Positions 1 through 13,349 are shown, counted from the first letter of the stretch. The stretch is DNA of 64,000 nucleotides from Entomortierella parvispora E1425 (GCA_020891255.1 BQFW01000015.1:1364001-1428000); one strand, 5' to 3'. The notes: generated by a model from the letters alone, not told the origin. Numbers and translations are program-made.

Positions 1-625
1 TGGACATTTGAATTTGTTCGTCCCACGGAAGTCCGCTCCGAATATCCAGGGCTGATCGACTGCAAATCAGTCGGCCAAGCTCGGCTTAATGGGGCTGACA
101 GGGCTGATGGGGAGAGCGCTTGGACTTGGCATCGATGCCCTCTTGGCAGAAAGACAACTCGCCCTGTCGCCCTCTGTGCTCTCCATGTAACTTTGTATGT
201 CTAATATTGCAGATGGGAACGAGTGCTGGATTTGAGTCGACGACAGGATAAAGTTCCTATTGGATGTTTTCATAGCGCGTCCGAGGCCCTTTTTTTTTTT
301 TGTTTTTTTTTTGTTTTTGCCACAGTCGACCATCAACAGTGGCTCCCTCCCAAGTTTCCTCTCCCCTGGACCAAAAGGGCCCTCAATAAACAACCTCGGA
401 TCCAAAGACCGTCTTGTTTTGGCCAATTGATGGCAACTGGACAGATCTCCGTGCATGGCTATCAGTCTTGTGGACACTGTTCCACTTTGTCGGCTAGCTC
501 CAGAGAATTGTGCCCTTGACAACTGGATGGGGTGACCATGGCTCGATCTCAGCCCTTGCATCCCATGTTCTCATCAGGTGGAGCTCTTCACACCTTTCTT
601 TCCTTTCTACATTTTTCTTGGCCGC

Positions 626-633
626 TATAAAAG
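626..633 (+). promoter_or_regulatory. TATA box of OPT pseudogene A
   Basis: TATAAAAG followed by a long CT-rich tract about 170 nt upstream of the decayed start codon. The same layout precedes the three full-length OPT genes. Confidence 0.6.
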
Positions 634-801
634 GCCGCTGTTCTTTCCTCCAACATTGTCCTTTGTCTCTGACCCTATCCTCATTCCTCGGCCTCCTCCT
701 TCCTTCTTTCATCCCTCTCTTATCTTCCCTCTTTTCTTCCTCCCCTGAACCCATTACTTCCTCCTTCAGAACTAGGGGGGATATCCGTTCTCTGTTGCAC
801 C

Positions 802-1650
802 GTGTCTGACTATAAGCAAGAATTCGTTGCTGAAAAGAGTTCATCGGTGAGAAACACGATGTCGTACGCGCCTCTGTTATCCCCGATGAAGAAAACTCGC
901 CCATTGTCGAGGTCGCTGCCATCGTTTCCAAAAGGATGATCCTTCCCTCCCTGTCATGACCTTCCGTTTCTGGATCTTGGCCGTGTTCTTCACCGCGTTC
1001 CGGTCGTTCATGAACCGGTTCTTGTAAGTGTCATTCGAAAGTCAACAGCCCAAATAAGACTGTGGCCCAGGATCTAATACTTCATTCCTGGTTCAATAGC
1101 TGGTTTCGTACCCATCCTTTGACTATTGGTACTTTGGTCATCCATTTGACCGCTTTCCCCATTGGAAAGTTCATGGCTCGCGTCCTTCCCGCTGGTCGCC
1201 TCAACCCGTGGTCCCTTCAACATCAAGGAGCACGTTGCACGTTTTGATCGCCTTGACCACCAACTGTGCCTCTAACACTGCTTACGCTGTTGATATTATC
1301 GTTATTCAAAGAGTGTTTTACGACCAAGACTTTGGCTTCCTTGCCAACTTTCTCCTCGTCCTCACCACCCATCTGCTGGGTTATGGCATGGCCGGTGTTC
1401 TCCGTCGTTACCTTGTATAACCAGCCGTCATGGTCTGGCCCGTTAGCCTGGTCTAAGTTGCTTTGTTGAATACTCTCCACAAGGATGAGGATCTTGCTCC
1501 TGGCCAGTGGTCATGGTACAAGTTCTTCCTGGTTGCCATGCTCTGCATGCTCTGCTACGCCTGGTTCCCTGCGTATGTCTTTCCTGCTCTGACCGCCTTC
1601 GCTTGGATCTGCTGGATCAAGCCCGACAATCTGGTCCTTTCTCAGCTACC
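802..1650 (+). pseudogene. OPT oligopeptide transporter pseudogene A (frameshifted, 3'-truncated)
   Basis: Collinear with the OPT paralogs (SD-KQEFVAEK, DEENSPIVEVAAIVS, WFRTHPLTIG, GFLANFLLVLTT, LNTLHKDEDLAPGQW) and has the same intron (1024-1099). Lesions: GTG in place of ATG at 802, 1-nt deletions in exon 1, a 7-nt GCACGTT duplication near 1230-1243, and a premature stop near 1418. Homology ends at about 1650. Confidence 0.9.
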
Positions 1651-2945
1651 CCGAGGCCGGCTAAGCTGCATCGGTCTAATTGGTGATACTCTATCGATCA
1701 TCATCACATTATTAAACTTATTATCGATGTGCTTTGCGTTCTTCATGAAAGACTTCTATGGAAAATAAAATCCTGTGATTATTGAGAGCGGCCGATGACG
1801 GCCCAGGAATGAAGCAATGGAACATAGCATGCGACGAGGAGTAGAGCGAGCCAGCTTTATGAATTTCACTGTTGAAGCGAAACAGAAAATTAAGAAGATA
1901 CAAACGATCTGTATCCTGGGGGCTGGGACTGGGCAAAAAAAAGGAACCGGTGCACTCTGTCTCTCAAAAGGAAAAAGCCGGTGCATCGAGCTGGTTCACT
2001 GCCAAAAAAGCTCTCACTCTCAATTTTTTTTGGCTTCCCTTTTTTTTCCCTGGACCAATTCATTGAGGCCGAGAAGGGTCGTAGAAAGAACCTAGAGACT
2101 CCAAAGAGTAGTTTGAGAAAACAATGTCACCAAGAGCAGTGGCTTCCCTAGGGGGATTGGAAGGAAATGAGAGGAGAGGTTGGGTCTGAATTTGAGGCTC
2201 AAGCTGTGTTCGATCAAAACAATGGACCGAGGAAGATTTCTGAAAAAAAAAAAAAGAAAACAGAACCGCGGTTCCCAAAAATGTACGATGCTGGTGCACT
2301 GACCTCAAAAAAAAAACGAGAACCGAGTTGCACCACAGAATAGTCCCAATCCCTGAATTCTGAGTGTATCCGTTTGATGAAAGAGGCTGAGGCGGGATGA
2401 TGTACATAGGCAGGGTGACCCAAAACATAGAGACCTTTCCTGACCCATTAGAAAAAGTAGCTGAAACCCCGGGAGCGTGTTCTTTCTTTGGCCATTTTTG
2501 GCAACGCCCTGACCCAAATCGGGTCAGTTTAGCGAATATTGGTCCTTTGCTGTACCTTATGTACCCTATGGATCGGCATGGCAACGTAGCTGGAACTTAC
2601 CGCCAATGGCTAGCCTTTCTTGAAGATTCAATCCCCGGAGAAGGCGGATAACAATACCGAGGACCAAGGGCTGAGGGAGAGAATTTTCTGATGGGAAGCA
2701 TTCCTATTGGCCTACGTCGCGTCCATTGGAGCCAGCCAGCAAATGGTTGTCCGTTCCTGGCGAGAGGAGTTTTGTCAATACCCACTTGGGACGGGCTCTT
2801 GCTCACTTGGATGTCGACTTGCCCATTGATGGCAATAATAACGCGTGGACGGCCATTCCTCTTTCCTGAATCGGAGCGCCGTATTCCCTTTACTTGGCTG
2901 TCAACGCCCAATCGAGAATACGTACCTCGGCCACTGTATCTTGCG

Positions 2946-2953
2946 TATAAAAG
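2946..2953 (+). promoter_or_regulatory. TATA box of OPT copy 1
   Basis: TATAAAAG followed by a CT-rich leader, 118 nt upstream of the ATG at 3064. Confidence 0.65.
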
Positions 2954-3063
2954 GGTCCGTCTATCGACTTTTTCCCTTTGTCCAATTTGACCTTCTCATC
3001 TTCCCCCTTCCCCTCCTCTCTTCCCCTTCCCCTTCCCTCCCCCCCTCTCCTTCTTTGCTCACC

Positions 3064-5327
3064 ATGGCAACCGAGCAAAAGCAAGAGTATTTGGCCGAAA
3101 AGGAATACGTTGACGAGAAGCACGACATTGAGCGTTCGTCCGTGGTCCTTGATGAAGATGAAAACTCTCCCATCCCCGAAGTTGCAGCCATTGTTTCCAA
3201 CAGAGATGATCCCTCCATGCCCACCATGACCGTCCGTGTTTGGACACTGGGAATTTTTTTCACCGTAGTGCTGTCTTTCTTGAACCAATTCTTGTAAGTC
3301 CTCGCGTAGATAACATTGAGACCAACTTGACTCTGGGCACAATTCTTATAGTGTACAAATCATTCGATCCCTGTGTGTCTAGCTGGTTCCGTACCAATCC
3401 TTTGACCATTGGAATCTTAGTTGCTCAGTTGTTGGCGTACCCTCTCGGTGTGTTAATGGCCAAGATCCTTCCTTCAGGCCGTCTTAATCCTGGGCCTTTC
3501 AACATCAAGGAGCATGTTCTGATCACCCTTTGCGCTAATTGCGCTGGTGGTACCGCTTACGCTGTCGATATTATCGTCATCCAGAAGGTCTTTTACAAGC
3601 AGGACTTTGGATTCCTTGCCAACTTCCTCCTCATCCTCACTACTCAGATGTTGGGTTATGGAATGGCCGGTGTTCTCCGTCGTTACCTTGTCTACCCCGC
3701 TGCCATGATCTGGCCCGCCAACTTGGTTCAAGTCGCTCTATTCAACACTCTTCATAAGGATGAGGATCTTGCTCCCGGTCAGTGGACCCGCTACAAGTTC
3801 TTCGTGGTTGCGGCCATTGGTATGTTTGTATACCACTGGATCCCCAACTTCTTGTTTGGTGCTCTTGGCACTTTCGCCTGGATCTGCTGGATCAAGCCCG
3901 ACAACCACGTCCTTGCCCAAATTACTGGCTCCAATGGACTTGGCTTTGGTACGATGATCTTCGACTGGAACGTTCTTGTCTCCTTCTTGACCTCACCGCT
4001 TATTGTCCCATGGTGGGCCCAGGTCAACATCGCGGTTGGATTCTTCGCCCTTACTTGGGTTTTGGTTCCAATCTGTTATTACTCCAATGTGTGGGAGGCA
4101 AAACACTTCCCCATCTTCTCGAGCAAACTGTTCAAACAAGATGGAGACACTTACAATGTGACCGCTATCACGACCGACCACATGCTCGACGAGGCCAAGT
4201 ACGAGGCCTATGGACCTCTTCGTCTCTCTGTCTTCTTTGCTTTGACCTACGGTATCGGTTTCGCCGGTCTTGCTTCCATGGTCACCCACACCTGGTTGTA
4301 CCATCGCCACAAGTTGGTTGCCCAGTGGAGACAATCCCGCGAGCATTCTGAGGATATTCACCACAAGCTCATGCAGGCCTACCCTGAGGTTCCTGACTGG
4401 TGGTACTTCATCGTCTTTATTGTCATGACGGTTGTCGCCGTGATCACCTGCGAGGTCTGGGATTACAAACTCCCCTGGTGGGGCGTGCTTTTGGCCATCT
4501 TTTTGGCTGCTTTCTTCTCTCTCCCTGTTGGTCTCATTCAGGCTGTTACCAACCAGCAGCCAGGCTTGAACATCATCACTGAGTATGTTATTGGTTACGC
4601 TCTGCCCGGTCGCCCCATTGCCAATGTTACCTTCAAGACTCTTGGATATATCTCCATGGGACAGGCCTTGACGTTCGTCGGCGATCTCAAGCTTGGCCAC
4701 TACATGAAAGTCCCTCCTCGCGCCATGTTCTGGACTCAGTGCGTCGGCACAGTCATTGCTGGCGTCATTAACTTGGTCACGGCCAACTGGTTGCTCGCCA
4801 CCCAAGACAAGATCTGCACAGACGATAACAAGGACTTCTCTTGCCCCTCTGCCGGCACCTTCTACTCGGCATCGGTCATCTGGGGTGTTATCTCGCCGAA
4901 CAAGATGTTTGGACCTACGTCGATCTACAACCCCATCAATTACTTCTTCTTGATCGGTTTCTTCTTGCCCATTCCATTTTATTATCTCAAAAAGAGATTC
5001 CCCAATACCTGGATTGAGAATATCCACATCCCTGTGCTCTTGGCCGCTACTGGTATGATGCCCCCTGCCAAGCCCTTCAACTACCCTATGTGGGTCGCTG
5101 TCGGCTTTATTTTCCAGTACTATATTCGTCGCAGATACGCTTCCTGGCACATGCGCTTCACGTATGTGATGTCAGCCGCCTTTGATTCTGGTTCGGCCTT
5201 CTCCATCTTGGTCTGTTTCTTTATTTTCGGCATGAGAGGCGTTGAGATCAAGTGGTGGGGCAACAATGTCCCAAAGGCCCTGTGTCCCCTGGATGCGGCT
5301 CCTACTATCCCTATCGGTCAGCTGTAA
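3064..5327 (+). CDS. OPT: OPT-family oligopeptide/glutathione transporter, copy 1 (about 724 aa)
   Basis: Exons 3064-3293 and 3383-5327; intron GTAAGT...TAG, phase 2. OPT motifs SPIPEV, NPGPFNIKEH, YPEVPDWWY, NQQPGLNIITE, DLKLGHYMKVPPR. Many hydrophobic segments. Confidence 0.95.
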
Positions 5328-5996
5328 TAACAGAATCCTACCCCTAGCTCCTTGCTCCGCAACTGTAATAAATAACGGCGACTTATCGTCTTGCAATCTG
5401 TCCCAGAGATTAGTTAGCGTAAACCAGATGAGTGGGAAAGTTCGCGCCAGTCGGAATCACTCCTTTGCGCCCATGCTGTTGGGAAGGCGTCACTGCTTCA
5501 ATGGACCTATCCATCCTTGCGTAGCGCACAATTAGAGGAAATGGTTTATTTTGGAGAGTACTAGGAGGACAAAAAAATGCAACGGACAGTGGCTCACGCG
5601 CAGTTCCCTGTGTCTCGAGAGAGGGATGAACTTTGTGCTCCATGCCTTTTTTTTCTTTTTTTTGCTGACGAGGGATTAAATCAGTCAAGGGCGAAGGAAA
5701 GTGAACTAAATCCAAGACTCTAATTGACTGCATGTGTGGCCGCTCCAGCTTCTTCATGCACCCATGCCACTGCTGGACAACGATGCACCCCGAACGAGCC
5801 AATGAAGGATACACGCAGTGTATGTGCAGCCAAGGCAACAAAAACTTTAAGCGCCTGCTGAAATGAATAGTTGGTAAGCTTGGAAAGGACGCGATCGGCA
5901 GATCGTCCATTCCATCGGACGGTCTGAAAAGATCAAAAAAAAAAAAAAAAAAAAAGGGGGGGGGGGGGAAACGCGCGAAGCCCCAAGAGAGTGCTC

Positions 5997-6395
5997 ACCA
6001 CTCTCACCATCAGCATCATATCCGACTTCTTTCACGACTGCCTTCCACTTCACCTGTCATCTATGCCAAAGTCCTCCCTTCTGGTCGCCTCGACCCTGGC
6101 TCCTTCAACATCATGGCTACTGGTACCGCTTACACCGCTGGTATCACTAGCATCCAGGAGGTCTTCTATAGGCAGGTCGTTGGATTCCTTGCCAACTTCC
6201 TTCCAATTCTCACCGCTTAGAAATTCACATCGAGTGGAACATGAGCTTACCTGTATTCCATCGACTGCCTTTGACTCCAGTGTCACGTTCATGGTTCTGC
6301 TGTTGTACTTAATCCTCAGCATTCGCGGCAAGACTATGACCCCATGGTAGGGTACTGGGTCCTCTGAGGATGTCTGCCCACTAGATGGCGCCCCA
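5997..6395 (+). pseudogene. OPT relic B with a large internal deletion
   Basis: An N-proximal piece (AKVLPSGRLDPGSFNI...GFLANFLPILT) is fused directly to the C-terminal piece (AFDSSVTFMVLL...W*G...CPLDGAP). About 1.4 kb of coding sequence is missing and an in-frame stop is present. Confidence 0.8.
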
Positions 6396-7050
6396 GCAAC
6401 GCCCCGCCAAAGATTCTTGAGTAATCATGAGTCGGTCCTCAGGTCGACTGAAGTTATTCTCGCCAGAATGAAAAAATATAATTTGCTTGAATAGAAGTTT
6501 GCGACAGGTATCCTAGTTATACTCATGATATTCCACTGTGAGATGATCTCCATTGTTGGTGTCGTTCCAATGGTGAATTTTTCTCTTCCTTCAAAACATC
6601 GTGTTTTTGCGGCGCTTTTTTTTTTTTTTTTTTTTTTTTTTTGGTAATATTCAGACCACGCGCCGCAGTTCAACCTGTGCTAAAAGGAAAGCAATATCTT
6701 TCAAGGTATTGTCCAACCGGGCACTCTCCGTTCACAAGAGTACGGCTGATGCCCAATCCTCGGTATTGCTTCCGTTGTCACGGTTGAAATTAACGCCTCA
6801 GCTTTTCTTTCAGAAATCGGAACGCTCTTATTGGCCTGACAGCCACTGTTCGAAGCCAAGCACCTTTGCCCAGGATCGGGAATGCGTCCTATTGCTGGCT
6901 ATTTCCTCCAAACAGAGTCAAGACCAGGGCCAGGAGACCTTCAGTTACTGAAAAAAGTTGTTCGCCATCAATGGGGTCCGCAATAGAGCGGGTCGTATGA
7001 TCAAAGACTTCCTCTTTCTTGCGATGACAACACTGCGGCCTTTTTTTGAT

Positions 7051-7058
7051 TATAAAAG
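7051..7058 (+). promoter_or_regulatory. TATA box of OPT copy 2
   Basis: TATAAAAG 155 nt upstream of the ATG at 7206, followed by a pyrimidine-rich leader. Confidence 0.6.
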
Positions 7059-7205
7059 GACGGCCGCCTTCGCCTCCATTTCTGTCCATTGTCTTCAACC
7101 ACTCTCTTCTTGATCAACACTCCCATAGGTGGTCTTGTCAGCTCTCTTCCCAATTAGTTCCTGCACTGATTACCTAATTCTGACCCGAGTTTCATCTCAC
7201 TCACA

Positions 7206-9460
7206 ATGACTGTCGACTCCCGGCACGACTACCATACTGAGAAAGAAGACAATATGGATGAGAAACATGATGTGGAGCACGCCTCTGTTGTCCTCGACGA
7301 AGAGAACAATTCTCCAATCCCTGAGGTAGCTGCCGTTGTTTCCATCACTGACGACCCCTCCTTACCCACTCTTACTTTCCGATACTGGGTCATGGCCATT
7401 TTATTCTCCTGCTTGCTGTCCTTCTTCAATCAGTTCTTGTAAGATATCATTCCGTTCCAAACGCTTTTGATGTTCCCTTCTCCAAAATTTTGACTGAGCC
7501 TTTCTCTCTCCCCCCATCTAGCTGGTTCCGCACCAACCCCATGTCCATCTCAGCCTTGGTCATTCAGTTGGTCTCGTACCCTTTCGGGAAGTTTATGGCC
7601 ACAGTCCTCCCAGCCGGTCGCCTCAACCCTGGCCCTTTCAACATCAAGGAGCACGTCCTGGTCGGTCTTACCGCCAACTGTGCTGCTGGTACCGCCTACG
7701 CCGTCGATATCACTGTCATCCAGAAGGTCTTTTACAAGCAGGATTTTGGATTCCTTGCCAACTTCCTCCTCATCCTCACTACTCAGATGTTGGGATACGG
7801 TATGGCCGGTGTCCTTCGTCGTTACCTTGTGTACCCCGCTGCCATGGTTTGGCCCGCCAACCTGGTTCAAGTCGCCTTGTTCAACACTCTCCACAAGGAT
7901 GAGGATCTTGCTCCTGGTCAGTGGTCACGCTACAAGTTCTTCTTGGTTGCCACTTTTACCATGTTCTGCTACCAATGGCTCCCAGGTTTTCTCTTCCCTA
8001 TCATGAGTTCCATTGCTTGGCTTTGCTGGATCAACCCCAAAAGTGTCCTGTTGGCCCAAATTGGAGGCGACAAGGGTCTTGGCATCGGTGCCATTTCTTT
8101 GGACTGGAACAATATCTGCGCCTACCTTGTGTCACCTCTGGTTGTTCCATGGTGGGCGCAGGTTAATATTGGTATCGGCGTCTTCCTTATTGCATTCGTT
8201 ATGTCCCCTATCGCCTATTACACCAATCTCTGGGATGCCAAGAAGTTCCCCATCAATAATTCGAAGCTGTATACGACTTCTGGCCAAATTTACAACACCA
8301 GTGCGGTCATGACTAATTTTGTCCTTGATGAGGACAAGTACGCCGCGTATGGTCCTCTTCGCATCACTACCTTCTTTGCCCTGACCTATGGTGTCGGCTT
8401 CGCTGGTCTTTCATCCATGATCACCCACACCTGGTTGTACCATCGCCACAAGTTGGTTGCTCAGTGGAGACAATCCCGCGAGCACTCTGAGGATATCCAC
8501 CATCGTCTCATGCAAGCCTATCCCGAAGTCCCTGACTGGTGGTATGGTGGCCTGTTCGTTCTCATGACCGTTGTCGCCATCGGCACTTGTGAAGTCTGGG
8601 ATTACAAGCTTCCCTGGTGGGCTGTCCTTTTGGGCATTGCTCTCTCTTGCTTTTTCGTCCTTCCCGTCGGTCTCATCCAGGCCCTCACCAACCAGCAGCC
8701 CGGTCTTAACATCATCACTGAGTATGTTATTGGTTATATCCTCCCTGGTCGCCCCATTGCCAATGTTACCTTCAAGACCCTTGGTTACATTTCCATGGTC
8801 CAGGCTTTGACTTTCACCTCGGATCCCAAACTTGGTCACTACATGAAGGTCCCCCCTCGTGCAATGTTCTGGGCCCAGTTGACTGGTACTTTTATTGCCG
8901 GTCTCGTCAATTTGTTGACAGCCAACTGGCTACTCACCTCCCAACACAAGGTCTGCACAGAAGAGAACAAGGATTTCTCCTGCCCATACGTTAACACCTA
9001 CTACTCTGCCTCAGTTATCTGGGGCGTCATTGCGCCTAACAGAATGTTCGGACCCTCCTCCATCTACAACTCGATCAACTACTTCTTTTTGATTGGACTT
9101 GTACTACCTATACCCTTCTACTACCTCAAGAAGAGGTTCCCCAATACCTGGATGGAGATGATTCATATCCCAGTAATCTTGGCCTCCACTGGTATGATGC
9201 CTCCTGCATCCCCCTACCACTATACCAACTGGTTGGCCGTCGGCTTCATCTTCCAGTTCTTCATCCGCCGCTACCACAACGAGTGGCATTTGCGCTTCAC
9301 CTATATTCTGTCCGCCGCCTTTGATGCAGGCGTGGCCTTCATGGTCTTGTTATCGTTCTTCATCTTTGGTATCCGTAACAAGAACATGGTGGATTGGTGG
9401 GGCACCCGCCCCGATCTATGTCCTCTGAATGGCGCGCCAACAATTGCCCCTCTCGAGTAA
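7206..9460 (+). CDS. OPT: OPT-family oligopeptide transporter, copy 2 (about 723 aa)
   Basis: Exons 7206-7438 and 7522-9460, same intron position and phase as the paralogs. All OPT motifs are present, except that DLKLGHY reads DPKLGHY. Confidence 0.93.
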
Positions 9461-9707
9461 TATACTGAAGGATGATATCTTAAATAATAATGATGCTCAC
9501 AATGTTGCGGTGAGGTGATCAAACGTCCAGTTCTGTGTTCATATTGCTTTCAGCAAGTGTTTCCTCCTTCAATCCCGATGTTGTCGTTCTTCACATAGGA
9601 GTGGCGCAGCAAAAGGCTGTGAAGTTAAAAAAGGTAGCTATTGAGTAGGAGTTGCCAATACTGACAGAGTCAACTCCATTTGTAGTTTCCCTTAAATCAC
9701 AGGAGAT

Positions 9708-9888
9708 GGAGGGCGCTCAGTTTACCCATTCATTTGATGGGAAGTTCTATCCGACAGACTGGCGACCGGTGATGAGGGTGGGAATGAGGGCAAATGATTG
9801 CAGTACTAGCGCGGATGTGAACTTAAAAGATTTCATTCGCCCTGGGAGGGAACTTTCCATTCTTTCCAAAAGTTGATTTTTTTTCTCG
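9708..9888. repeat. Non-coding block duplicated at 13668-13840 (3' flank of OPT copy 2)
   Basis: GGAGGGCGCTCAGTTTACCCATTCATT...TATCCGA...GTGATGAGGGTGGGAA...GAACTTTCCAT...AGTTGATTTTTTT aligns by eye with the sequence immediately after relic C. Confidence 0.75.
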
Positions 9889-10308
9889 TTTATTTCAAGT
9901 TGTCCAATGCTGTGTCCATGTCCGTGTTGACATGTCTGAGAGCAGATGACCTCCGACTTGGTATTCGGTGCGAACCCGGTAAACAGAAGCGCGCTCTCAA
10001 CCGTGTCCGATTTAAGCATGACGAACAAAGAAAAGGGCCATCGAGTTGCTCTAATTGGTTACCAACATTCTGGTCGATTCTTATTACTCTTGATCCGTCC
10101 GCGAGGCCTCCACCAGCATCGGATGTGTTCCTATTCGACGATCGGATTATGAGGTAACGTACCTCATGAGGCATGGGCTTCAACGAATGCAAAGAACTGT
10201 TTCCCATCATCCTTCTCTCCGCTCTTGGTGTTGATGCACATGCCCACCCGCTCTCGATTCTGACTTTTATGCAACTTTCTTGTTGTTCTGGTTCTGGGGG
10301 GTAGAGGG

Positions 10309-10316
10309 TATAAAAG
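10309..10316 (+). promoter_or_regulatory. TATA box of OPT copy 3
   Basis: TATAAAAG 170 nt upstream of the ATG at 10479, followed by a CT-rich leader. Confidence 0.6.
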
Positions 10317-10478
10317 GACAAAGGTCTTGCCCAAAATGATGATCCCTTGTCTCTTGTCCTTCACCCTTCCTTAGACCCTCCTCTCTACAGGCAGCTCTCC
10401 CCTGTCTTCCGACCCGCCGCTCCTTCCTCTTCTCCTTCATCTCTGTTCTCACTCCTCTTTTGCACAACCCACAGCGCA

Positions 10479-12758
10479 ATGTCCGAGCACAAGCAAGAGT
10501 ATCTTGCTGAGAAGGAGTACGTCGATGACAAGCATGATATCGAACGCTCCTCCGTCATCCTTGAGGAAGAAGAGAACTCTCCCATTCCTGAGGTTGCCGC
10601 CATCGTCTCCAACAAGGATGATCCCTCCCTGCCCACCCTCACCTTTCGTTACTGGGTCATGGCCATTGTCTTCTCTTGCTTGCTATCATTCGTCAACCAG
10701 TTCTTGTAAGTCTTCCTTACCGCGTTCTGGCACTTTGATTTTTTTTTGTTGTGCCTCACTTCGGCTTCTGACCCTTTTTCTCTCTCGCGTTTTTCTCCCT
10801 GCAGCTGGTTCCGCACCAACCCCATGTCCATCTCAGCCTTGGTCATTCAGTTGGTCTCGTACCCTTTCGGGAAGTTTATGGCCACAGTCCTCCCAGCCGG
10901 TCGCCTCAACCCTGGCCCTTTCAACATCAAGGAGCACGTCCTGGTCGGTCTTACCGCCAACTGTGCTGCTGGTACCGCCTACGCTGTCGATATCACTGTC
11001 ATCCAGAAGGTCTTTTACAAGCAGGATTTTGGATTCCTTGCCAACTTCCTCCTCATCCTCACTACTCAGATGTTGGGATACGGTATGGCCGGTGTTCTCC
11101 GTCGTTACCTTGTCTACCCCGCTGCCATGATTTGGCCCGCCAACTTGGTCCAAGTCGCCTTGTTCAACACTCTCCACAAGGATGAGGATCTTGCTCCTGG
11201 TCAATGGTCGCGCTACAAGTTCTTCATGGTTGCCACTCTTGCCATGTTCTGTTACCATTGGTTGCCAGGTTTCCTTTTCCCTGTCATGAGCTCTATTGCC
11301 TGGGTCTGCTGGATCAACCCCAATAGCAGACTCTTGGGCCAGATTGGAGGTTACAAGGGCCTTGGTATTGGTGCCATCTCTTTGGACTGGAATAACATTG
11401 TTGCCTACCTTTCCTCCCCTTTGGTTGTTCCATGGTGGGCTCAGGTCAACATCTTTATTGGTTTCTTCGTCATTGCCTGGGTTATGACTCCCATTGCTTA
11501 TTACACCAACCTTTGGGACGCCAAGAAGTTCCCCATCATCAGCGCTGGCTTGTTCAGAGTCGATGGTTCTGATTACAACACAACGTTGGTCATGACCAAT
11601 TTTGTCCTTGACGAGGACAAGTATGCCGAGTATGGTCCTCTCCGTATCTCTACCTTCTTTGCCCTGACCTATGGTGTTGGCTTCGCTGGTCTTTCATCCA
11701 TGATCACCCACACCTGGTTGTACCATCGCCACAAGTTGGTTGCTCAGTGGAGACAATCCCGCGAGCACTCTGAGGATATCCACCATCGTCTCATGCAAGC
11801 CTATCCCGAAGTCCCTGACTGGTGGTATGGTGGCCTGTTCGTTCTCATGACCGTTGTCGCCGTCGTCACTTGTGAGGTCTGGGATTACAAGCTTCCCTGG
11901 TGGGCTGTCCTTATGGGCATTGCTCTCTCTTGCATCTTCGTCCTCCCTGTCGGTCTCATCCAGGCCCTCACCAACCAGCAGCCCGGTCTTAACATCATCA
12001 CCGAGTATGTTATTGGTTATATCCTCCCTGGTCGCCCCATTGCCAATGTTACCTTCAAGACCCTTGGTTACATTTCCATGGCCCAGGCTTTGACTTTCAC
12101 CTCGGATCTCAAACTTGGTCACTATATGAAGGTCCCCCCTCGTGCCATGTTCTGGGCCCAGTTGACTGGTACTTTTATTGCTGGTCTCGTCAATTTGTTG
12201 ACAGCCAACTGGCTGCTCACTACGAAAGAGAATATTTGCACCCCCGATGGCGGGAATTTCCAATGCCTTTTTGTTAATACCTTCTACTCTGCCTCCGTGA
12301 TCTGGGGTGTCATCTCCCCCAACAGGATGTTCGGACCTACGTCCATCTACAATGCCATCAACTACTTCTTCTTGATTGGTCTTGTGCTTCCTATTCCCTT
12401 CTACTACCTCAAGAAGAGATTCCCCAACACCTGGATGGAGTACATCCACATTCCAGTCATCTTGGCTGCCACCGGTATGATGCCTCCTGCCGCTGCTTAC
12501 CATTACACCAACTGGTTGGCTGTTGGTTTTGCCTTTCAGTACTTCATGCGCCGTTACCACAGCGAGTGGCACTTGCGTTACACCTACATTCTCTCGGCCG
12601 CCTTCGACTCTGGTGTTGCCTTCATGGTTTTGATCGGATTCTTCATTTTCGATTACAGAGAAAAGGAGATGGCTAAGTGGTGGGGTACCCGTCGCGATAT
12701 CTGCCCCTTGAATGGTGTCCCCACAATCCCCCCACCTGAGATCCCCCCACCTAAGTAG
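10479..12758 (+). CDS. OPT: OPT-family oligopeptide transporter, copy 3 (about 726 aa)
   Basis: Exons 10479-10705 and 10805-12758, intron GTAAGT...CAG. Complete set of OPT motifs including DLKLGHYMKVPPR. Confidence 0.95.
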
Positions 12759-13033
12759 GCCTTCCCCTAAGTCCCTAAGTAAATCTTGACGTTATTTACA
12801 TTCCCATTTTAATATAAGCAACGGCGTCGTGTTTGACTAGAGAAGCAGATCACAGCACAAAACAGAGATAAAAGCGGGGTCGGATTGACGAAGGGGGGCC
12901 ATTCATGATCCTACTCTAATGCTTGAAGAACCAAGCAAGGTCTCTTTTTAAGGGCACTTTCGTGTTATTCTGGGAACATTGGTCTACTGATGAGCAGACA
13001 AAACACTGATAAGCGGGAAGATGTCTTCCAAAC

Positions 13034-13300
13034 AAAGCTCGGTATCGTTTGGTGATTGGTCAAAGGGTATTTCTTGCTCCAGCGCACGCGCATCACCCCT
13101 TTTCCTCGCCCACTTTCTCTCTTCCGGGGAATCGAGGCGAGGTGCATGAGATGAGGGGCGCTTGTTCCGGCTATGGTAGCCACCCCCACCTTTTTCAGTT
13201 GATAATCAGGCACAGGCTGAACGCCTCTTTGTTTGGCCCAAGGACCATGTTTTCCAGGGAAGATAACGCATCACTCTCACAGAGTTTGCGTTTCCCACAA
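13034..13300. repeat. Non-coding block duplicated at 15820-16100
   Basis: Shared CGTTTGGTGATTGGTCAA, GCACGCGC, an identical GAGATGAGGGGCGCTTGTTCC, TTGGCCCAA and AAGGACCA...TTTCCA in the same order. Each copy lies just upstream of an OPT relic. Confidence 0.75.
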
Positions 13301-13349
13301 AATAAATATCTCTCCCGAGACCTTTTTTTTTTTTTTTTTTTTCCGCATG

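Noticed and set aside
319-5595. GCCACAGT/CAGTGGCT motifs upstream of OPT units as Met31/32-like sulfur-regulation sites
   Set aside because: Imperfect, inconsistent in position and not present at all units; transfer of the yeast regulon to this lineage is unsupported.
3993-12572. Long minus-strand ORFs at 3993-5150, 8411-8839 and 11694-12572
   Set aside because: Antisense shadows of the codon-biased OPT genes; they recur at equivalent positions in each paralog.
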